DNA of 64,000 bases from Neocallimastix sp. 'constans' (taxonomy: Eukaryota): contig JBODTK010000010.1 of NCBI GenBank assembly GCA_050613775.1, positions 744,001 to 808,000 of the forward strand. The letters are read 5' to 3'. Made by a program: the position numbers and the translations under genes. The notes under the pieces were generated by a model. That model saw only the letters and a list, made by a program, of their open reading frames with translations, had not been told where the DNA came from and did not search any database. The stretch's first letter is position 1; each line of letters opens with the position of its first letter. Of this stretch, positions 55,196 through 64,000 are shown piece after piece.

Positions 55196-55998
55196 ATGAA
55201 TTCTGAAAATGAATTATATAATGATTCATTGATTGAGGAGTCATCGCTTTCGGAAGATGAATTAGATGATGATATATTAACGTTAGATCCATTATATAGG
55301 GAAGTTAATAAAAGTTTTGATACTGTAAAGGTAATAACATAAAAATTTAAAATACAAAATAAAAATATGAATAGAAAACTTATATAAATAATTATTTTAT
55401 TATAATATAAAGAGAAGTGTGAATTATAGAAATGTACTATATCAAGTAGATAGTATTCCAGGTATTAATATTTAGTAAATAATAATATAAATAAATATAC
55501 TAATTTAGATAATAACAATATTATTATTGGAATTAATAACTGTTTAATTAAAGAAAAGAAGAAAGATAAAATATTAGATAAAGAAAATTCCGAGGAACAG
55601 GTATATATATAGAATATATATTACATATATAATTAATATAATATTTAGGAAAATTTAAATTAATTATATTGTGTATTACTACATATAAATCAAAAAATAA
55701 ATGATTAAAAATACTTAATATCATAATAATAGGTTAAAGAGGTTTATGATCACTCTCAGTATCCACCATTATTAAAATATTTTTCAAGAACGAAAGCAGC
55801 TCCTTTTAAAGAAGATCAATATCAGAGATCTACATCTGATTCTATTGCTAATAATTATAGCCCGACGGCTGCTAATTTAGATATTAAACATTTATTACCC
55901 ATGAATGATGTTATAAGAGGAAATGTTAAGAAAAAAAAATTAAACCATAATAATGAGTAAAATTTTAATATATTGAAATATAATATACATATATATAT

Positions 55999-56058
<60 letters not shown>

Positions 56059-56080
56059 GTACAATTAATATAATTAATTA

Positions 56081-56115
<35 letters not shown>

Positions 56116-59100
56116 ATTAGTAAAATTAATAATAATAATAATTAATATAAATATTAAAAAGGAAAATAAATGAATCTGAAATTAAAATAATTAATAGTGA
56201 AACTAAATTGAACGAGAGTAGACCATTAACACCATTAACGAGAATGAATATAACACAACCACTATCGTTGTTACCCGAACCACTTTCTAAACCACCATCA
56301 CCTCCTATTCTTGATCCATATGATCTTCCATCAGTAAATATGCAAAAGTTATTGACATCGGAAAATAGATATATGTACTATATTAGTGAAGGAATAGATG
56401 AAAAAGAAATATATCCACTTCAAGAATCAACTATTGAAAATATAACAAAATTAGTACCTGAAAATTATCTTAAACGCTCAAATCTTCAAAATAAAAAAAC
56501 AGAAACGATAGAAGAAATAAATGAATATTATAATTCAGCAATAAAAAAAGCTATTCTTAATTATATATTATTAGATAATAATGAAAAAGAAAGATTAAAT
56601 ATAAAAAAGACACCAAAAGTTTTTACTCCAAGAATATCCAGAGCACCGGTACCATGGCATGATAAATTAATTGAAATAAAAAATAAAATTAATGAAAATT
56701 TATTTGTAACAAATCCAATTATGCTTGAAGTTGCAAAAATATTTGAAAGCTTTCAAAATTGTAAAATCGTAGATATGTCTGTTTTTAATATGTCAAATTT
56801 GCCAGTAACCATTGAAGATTTCCAATCTATTTTAAAAACCCAATGTGCATCATTTAGGAATAAACTTTTAAATGAGTAAATTTTAAATATTCAAAATTTA
56901 GTTTATTATTAAAAAAATCTTAATGATTTTTTTTTAAAATTATCTTTGTTTTTTTATAATTATTTTTTTTTATTATTCATAAAATTTATTAATTAATAGG
57001 TGGATACCTACTGTTGCTAATAAATTTTATGAATCAAAGGATACATGGTATTCTATCGTAACATCATGCCCAGATCCAGAAGTTGGTTTCAAAAGATTAG
57101 ATTCATTTTTTAAATCAGTATCAACATTAATGGGAAATCAGTTATGGAAAATAGCAGAAGCTTCAATAACAGAATATGAGAATTTCTTTTCTCAATTTGC
57201 TAATGCTCAATCAGATACATCATTATTTTCAATTAAACTAAGTATCGTTGATACTCAAATTAGATTTGATCCACCTTTTCTAGAAGTTGAATCAACAATT
57301 ATTAATATTTTAGAAGAAATAGTTAAAACTGTAAGGGGTATACCAAGAATTGAAAGAAAATTATTCACTTCATTAAGTAGTTTACCTCTTAATTTATTTT
57401 CAATAAGTATGAATGATGATAGAATTAATGGTGGAAAGTATTTAAGAAAAATTATAGCAAAAAATACAGTTTTTCCTCAAAAGCATTTAATGTCATATGA
57501 TAAATATAAACCATTAATTACAAATAGAGCAGATAAAAAAATTGATGAATTTTTAAAGAATAAACATTCACTTGAAGATTTTGAAGATGTTAGTATTAAT
57601 TAATAATATAAAAATACATTATAAAATTTAATTTTTTGTTTTTCAAATTAATGCTTTATTTATATACATTAAATAATAAATAATAAATATATTTTATTAA
57701 TAATTTATATAGGAAATTAATAAACTATTAGATATTGTATCAAAGATTAATAATAGTTCATCTATTGTTAGATTTAGTATGATTTATTTGAATTGCGAAA
57801 ATTTAAAGAGTAAATTAATTGATAAATCTAAAGCATTAATTCAAAAATTGGTTTTTCAAATAAATAAATTAAATACAAAAACTTGTCAAAGGTAATATTA
57901 CTAAAAAAAGATGAAATTCATATAATTGTAATAAAAAATGAAAATATTTAAATTAAAATTTTAAATTATGTATATACATATTAGTATTTGTGAAAGATAT
58001 GAAAAAATATCTGCTAAAGCAATGAAGTTACCAAATGATACTGAAGAAATTGTTGAATCAATAAAATATGTTGAAAATGCAAAGACAGTTGATGTTGTTG
58101 AATTGAAAGAAGAAATAAATAATAGTGTAAAAACATTATTCTTTTTATTGAAATATTCATTTTTAACAGAAGAAGAAATAAAATTGAATGGTATAACATT
58201 TACATGGCCTCAAAGAATTATGCCAATATTTGAATTAAGTAAAAAGAGAACAAATCAAAAGAAAATAAAAGCACAGGAAGATTTAAAATTAAAAATTACT
58301 CAAACTACAGAGGAATTGGATACTATATTTGAACAAATAGCCAAATTCCAGGATTTTGGTATTATGGCTGAAATTAATGAATATTTAAAGCAAATAAAAG
58401 AAATAGAAGAAAGATTAGAAAAAATACATGAAACTATTTTACGTATTAACTTTGAAGAAGAATTATTTGAATTTGTGAGGTCTCCATTTAAGAAATATCA
58501 ACAGATATTAGATAGAATTGATCCATATAAAAAATTATGGGAAACAGCTTATGAATTTCAAACAAAATATAGTACTTGGATGAATGGAAAATTTATTGAT
58601 TTAAATGCTGAAGATGTTGAAAATGATGTGTTAACTATGTATAAAGCAATGATGAGATTGATAAAAGTATTTGATAATCTTGCCGTTCCAAGAAAAGTAG
58701 CCGAGAATATTAGAAATAAATTAGAAAAATTTAAGGTTCATTTACCTTTATTAAATGCATTTAGAAACCCAGGTATGAAAAAGAGACATTGGGATCAAAT
58801 TAGAGAAATTGTTGGATTTAATGTTGAACCCGATGAAAATATAACATTTACAAATATTATAGAACTTAATTTAAGCCAGTATCAGGGAAAATTTGATTTA
58901 ATTAGCGAAGCTGCATCTAAGGAAGCTTCATTACAAAAGGCATTAGTTAAAATGAAGGAAGAATGGGTTGATTTGGAATTTACTTTAATTGATTATAAGG
59001 AAACTGGAACAAAGATTTTATCTGCTCTAGATGATGTACAGACTATTTTGGATGACCAAATTGTTAAAATTCAAACTATTCATGGATCACCATTTGTTAA

Positions 59101-62100
59101 ACCAATTGAAGATGAAGTTATTGATTGGGAAACAAAGGTTCAAACTATTCAAAATGTAATTGATGAATGGCTTCAAGTTCAAGCTACATGGCTTTACTTA
59201 GAACCTATTTTTACTTCAGAAGATATTATGGCACAAATGCCAATTGAAGGAAAAAAATTTAAGGCTGTTGATAAGACATGGAGAGATACAATGACAAAAA
59301 CAAATGAAAATAAAAAAATTATAGTTGTTGCAACAAAGGTTGAATTATTAAACACTTTAAAGGAATGTAATGAAACATTAGAAAATATTCAAAAAGGTTT
59401 GAATGATTATTTAGAAAGAAAAAGATTGCTTTTCCCAAGATTCTTCTTCTTATCAAATGATGAATTATTAGAAATTCTTGGTGAAACAAAGGATCCATTA
59501 AGAGTTCAGCCACATTTAAAAAAATGCTTTGAAGGTATAGCAAGCTTAAAATTTCAAGATAATACAAAAATTGTTGCAATGTGTAGTAGTGAAAATGAAA
59601 GAGTTCGTTTAAAAGAAGTAATTGAGCCTGCTTTAGCAAGGGGTGCTGTTGAAAAATGGCTTCTTCAAGTAGAAAAAGTAATGCAAGCTAGTGTTCATGA
59701 ACAAATTCAAAAATCAATTAAATCATATGAAGAAATACCTCGTGAAAAATGGGTCTTAGAATGGCCAGGTCAAGTAGTTTTATGTGTAAGTCAGATTTAC
59801 TGGACAAGAGAAATTACAGAAACAATTATGCAAAAAGAAACAAATGGCTTAGAACATTATAGAGATAAATGTACTAAACAATTAGAAACTATTGTTGAAC
59901 TTGTTAGGGGTGAATTACCATTAATGGCAAGAATTACACTATCAGCTTTAGTAGTTATTGATGTACATGCTAGAGATGTTGTTTCTGAATTGATTAAAGC
60001 AAAAGTGAGTTCAGTAGATGATTTTGAATGGCTTAGTCAATTACGTTATTATTGGGAACAAGAAGAAGTATTAGTAAGAATGATTAATGCAACATTAAAT
60101 TATGGTTATGAATATTTAGGAAATAGTCCAAGATTGGTTATTACTCCTTTAACTGATAGATGTTATCGTACTTTAATTGGTGCATTAGATTTAAATTTAG
60201 GTGGGGCTCCTGAAGGTCCTGCTGGTACAGGTAAAACTGAAACAACAAAAGATCTTGCAAAGGCTATTGCAAAGCAATGTGTTGTATTTAACTGTTCGGA
60301 TGGTCTTGATTATATTGCAATGGGTAAATTCTTTAAAGGATTAGCATCTTCTGGTGCATGGGCATGTTTTGATGAATTTAATCGTATTGATCTTGAAGTA
60401 TTATCTGTTGTTGCACAACAAATTTTAACAATACAACGTGCTATTGGTATGAATTTGGAACAATTTGTTTTTGAAGGAACAACAATTTCTTTAAATAAGT
60501 CTTGTTCTGTATTTATTACAATGAATCCAGGTTATGCAGGCCGTAGTGAATTACCAGATAATCTTAAAGCATTATTCAGACCTGTAGCGATGATGGTACC
60601 AAATTATGCTTTAATTGCTGAAATTTCATTATACTCCTTTGGATTTGTTGAGGCTAGAACTTTAGCGAAAAAAATTGTTACCACATATCGTTTATGTTCT
60701 GAACAATTATCATCCCAGGATCATTATGATTATGGTATGCGTGCTGTAAAATCTGTTTTAACTGCTGCAGGTAATTTAAAATTAAAGTATCCAAGAGAAA
60801 ATGAACATGTCATTATGCTTAGATCAATTAATGATATTAATAAACCAAAATTTATTAGTCAAGATATTCCTCTTTTTGAATCAATTACAACGGATCTATT
60901 CCCAGGAATAGAATTACCAGATCCTGATTATAAGAATATAACAGATGCTATTAAAAGTGTTATGAAAGATTTTAATTTGCAACCAGTACCAAAACATATT
61001 GAAAAAGTAATTCAAATTTATGAAATGATGCGTATTAGACATGGTTATATGATTGTTGGAGAACCATGGTCTGGTAAAACAATGGCATATAGAGTGTTAG
61101 CAGAAGCATTAAATAAAATGGCCGAAGCTAAGTTAAATGAAGAGCGAGTTCAATTCACTGTGATTAATCCAAAATCTATTACTATGGGTCAATTATATGG
61201 TCAATTTGATATTGTTACTCATGAATGGACTGATGGTGTTATTGCACATGCTTTTCATAAATACACTGCGTCAACATCGCCAGATAGAAAATGGATCATA
61301 TTTGATGGGCCCGTTGATGCTATTTGGATTGAAAATATGAATACTGTACTGGATGATAATAAGAAACTTTGTTTAACTAGTGGTGAAATTATGAAAATGT
61401 CACCAACCATGAGTATTATGTTTGAAGTTAAAGATCTTGCTGTTGCGTCTCCTGCTACTGTAAGTCGTTGTGGTATGATTTACATGGAGGAAGAATTAAT
61501 CGGCTGGAGACCAATATTTATATCTTGGCTAAATACAATTCCAAACTTAAGTGAAGAAAATAATAAATTGATTACTACATTATTTGATTGGGTGGTTCCT
61601 CCTTGTTTACAATTTGTTACTGAAAATTGTAGAGAAATAGTAGATATTCCAAAATATAATAAAATAAATAGTTTAATTAATATATATGATTCTCATCTTG
61701 ACTTCTTAAAGGATGAAAATTCAAAAATAGCACCAAATATTGTTGAAATTTGGATTATATCATACTTTTTATTTTCATGTATATGGTCATTTGGTGGATC
61801 AATTAATGAAGAAGGAAGAGAGGAATATGATAAATTCTTTAGAGATGTTATTGAAGGAAATTTAAAAGAATATCCAATTCCTGATGATCTAAAAATTAAT
61901 AAAATGATTCCAAGAAATGGATCTATTTATGAATATATGTTTGAACCAGAAGTAAGTTAATTAATATTATTTTATAATATATTATAAGTAAAAAAAATTA
62001 AATTAAATTATAAATTAATTTTGTTAATAATTATTAATAAAGAAACAAGTTTCTGGTGGAATGTGGAAATTATGGAGCGATTGCTTAGAAAGTTTTGAAA

Positions 62101-64000
62101 TACAACCTAATACCAAATTTAATGATATTATTGTTCCAACTATTGATACACAAAGATATACATATTTATTAGATACTTTAATTTTACATGGAAAACAAAT
62201 TTTGTTTGTTGGACAAACAGGTACTGGTAAAACATCATACATTAATAGAAAGTTATTACATGGTTTACCAGAAAATTATCAACCAGTAATGATTAATTTC
62301 TCTTCACAGACAACTCCAAATCAAACACAAATGATCATTTTAGGAAAATTAGATAGAAGAAAGAGAGGCATTTATGGTCCTCCAGTAGGTCAAAAATCTG
62401 TTATATTTATTGATGATCTTAATATGCCTGCAAGAGATAGATACGGTGCACAAGGTCCTATTGAATTATTAAGAATGTGGAATGATCATAAATATTGGTA
62501 TGATTTAAAGGATATGTCTGTTATGAATATTGTTGATGTTCAATTTATTTCTGCTATGGGTCCTACTGGTGGTGGTCGTAATCCAATTACTCCAAGATAT
62601 CTTCGTCACTTTAATGTTATTGGAATATCAACCTTTGAAGAAAAAACCTTAAAAACAATTTTCCAAACTATTGTAGATTGGCATTTTACATCAAATAATT
62701 TTAAAACTGGTGTTCTTGCAATTAAAAATAATATTGTAAATGCGACATTAGAAATTTATCAGAAAGCAATTGAAAATTTGTTGCCAACACCAACAAAATC
62801 ACATTACACTTTCAATCTTCGTGATTTTTCAAGAGTTATTCAAGGCATTTTACTTTCAAATTCAGATAGGTATCAAGAACCAGAAAAAATTATTAGATTA
62901 TGGACTCATGAAGCATATAGAGTATTTTATGATAGATTAATTGATGATGAAGGAAGAGATTGGTTCCATGGAGTAATAAGAGATTTAGTTTCGAGATGTT
63001 TTGGTCAAAAATTTGATAATGTTTTTGGTCATTTAACTGGTAAAAATAATAGAGCAGTGGAAAATGATGATATGAGAAGTTTAATGTTTGGTGATTATGT
63101 AATTAAAAATTCAACAGAAAAAATTTACGATGAAGTTACAAATATTGAAGATGTTACTGAAATTTTGAAAGAAAAATTAGATGAATATAATTCATTCAGT
63201 AATGCTCCTATGAATTTAGTATTATTCAGATTTGCAATAGAACATATTTCAAGAATTGCACGTATTCTGTTACAGCCTTCAGGACATGCATTATTAGTTG
63301 GTTTAGGCGGTGATGGTAGACAAAGTTTATCAAAATTAGCTGCTTTTATGGCTGATTATTTCTTATTCCAAGCTATGATTACAAAAACGTATGGACATGA
63401 TGAATGGAGGGAAGATTTGAAAAAATTATTAATTAAAGCTGGAGGTGAAGGTAAAAAGTGTTTATTTTTGTTCAGTGATTCTCAAGTTAAGGAGGAATCA
63501 TTTTTAGAAGATATTAATAATTTATTAAATACTAGTGAAGTTCCTAATATTTTCCCAGCTGATGAAAAGGCTGCGGTATGTGAGCAAGTTAGAAATGAAA
63601 TGACAAAAATTAATCCTAAATTTAGTGCAAATCAAAATACATTATATAACATTTTTATAAGTAGATGTAAAGAAAACCTTCATATTAATTTATGTATGAG
63701 TCCTATTGGTGATGCTTTTCGTAATAGACTTAGAATGTTCCCTTCTCTCGTTAATTGTTGTACTATTGATTGGTTCCAAACTTGGCCTGAAGATGCATTA
63801 GATATGGTTGCAAACAAATTTTTAGAGGATATTGATTTTGGTAATGATAGAGAAAGTATTGTACATTTATGCAAAGAAATTCATATAGGCTCACAAGAGT
63901 TATCTACAAAGTTATTCAATATATTAAGAAGACATACATATGTTACACCAACTTCATATTTAGAATTAATTAAAACATATAAACGACTTTTAACAATGAA
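55196..64000 (+). CDS. Axonemal inner-arm (single-headed, DNAH3/7/12-like) dynein heavy chain, multi-exon, 3' end beyond the window
   Basis: ATG at 55196 with small 5' exons, then large exons ~56162-56875, 57000-57588, 57713-57891, 57985-61951 and 62043-64000. Motifs RAPVPWH, FPRFFFLSNDELLEIL, GPAGTGKTET (AAA1), CFDEFNR, GEPWSGKT (AAA2), GQTGTGKT (AAA3) and GLGGDGRQS (AAA4). Confidence 0.95.

Overview
Very AT-rich, intron-rich eukaryotic DNA. An axonemal dynein, fungal-type chromoviruses and (AAT)n/poly-A intergenic DNA point to a flagellated early-diverging fungus, most likely an anaerobic gut fungus (Neocallimastigomycota); this assignment is inference. 1-14 kb holds four minus-strand host genes: an Asn/Met-rich low-complexity protein (partial), a SCOC/Slo1 short coiled-coil protein, Rab1/Ypt1, and a ~16-exon single-domain clade-X-type phosphofructokinase. 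Between them lies an unexplained GC-elevated, hairpin-rich non-coding island at ~5.5-6.0 kb. 15-52.7 kb is a nested transposon cluster: three Ty1/copia elements, a foldback-like inverted repeat, a MULE transposase relic and four Ty3/gypsy chromoviruses, four of the LTR elements with resolvable TSDs. 55.2-64 kb is the 5' part of an inner-arm axonemal dynein heavy chain gene. Highlights: (i) a young gypsy whose LTRs each carry a tRNA-like Pol III A/B-box cassette, with a 40-bp tandem array in its leader and a clean in-frame deletion of RT motif A; (ii) Tf1-type self-priming signatures in three distinct gypsy families; (iii) a young copia with a PBS matching the tRNA-Lys(CUU) anticodon arm and an in-frame UAG between gag and pol; (iv) an intact gypsy with TG...TA LTR ends; (v) the candidate structured RNA. 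All calls were made by eye; no searches were run.
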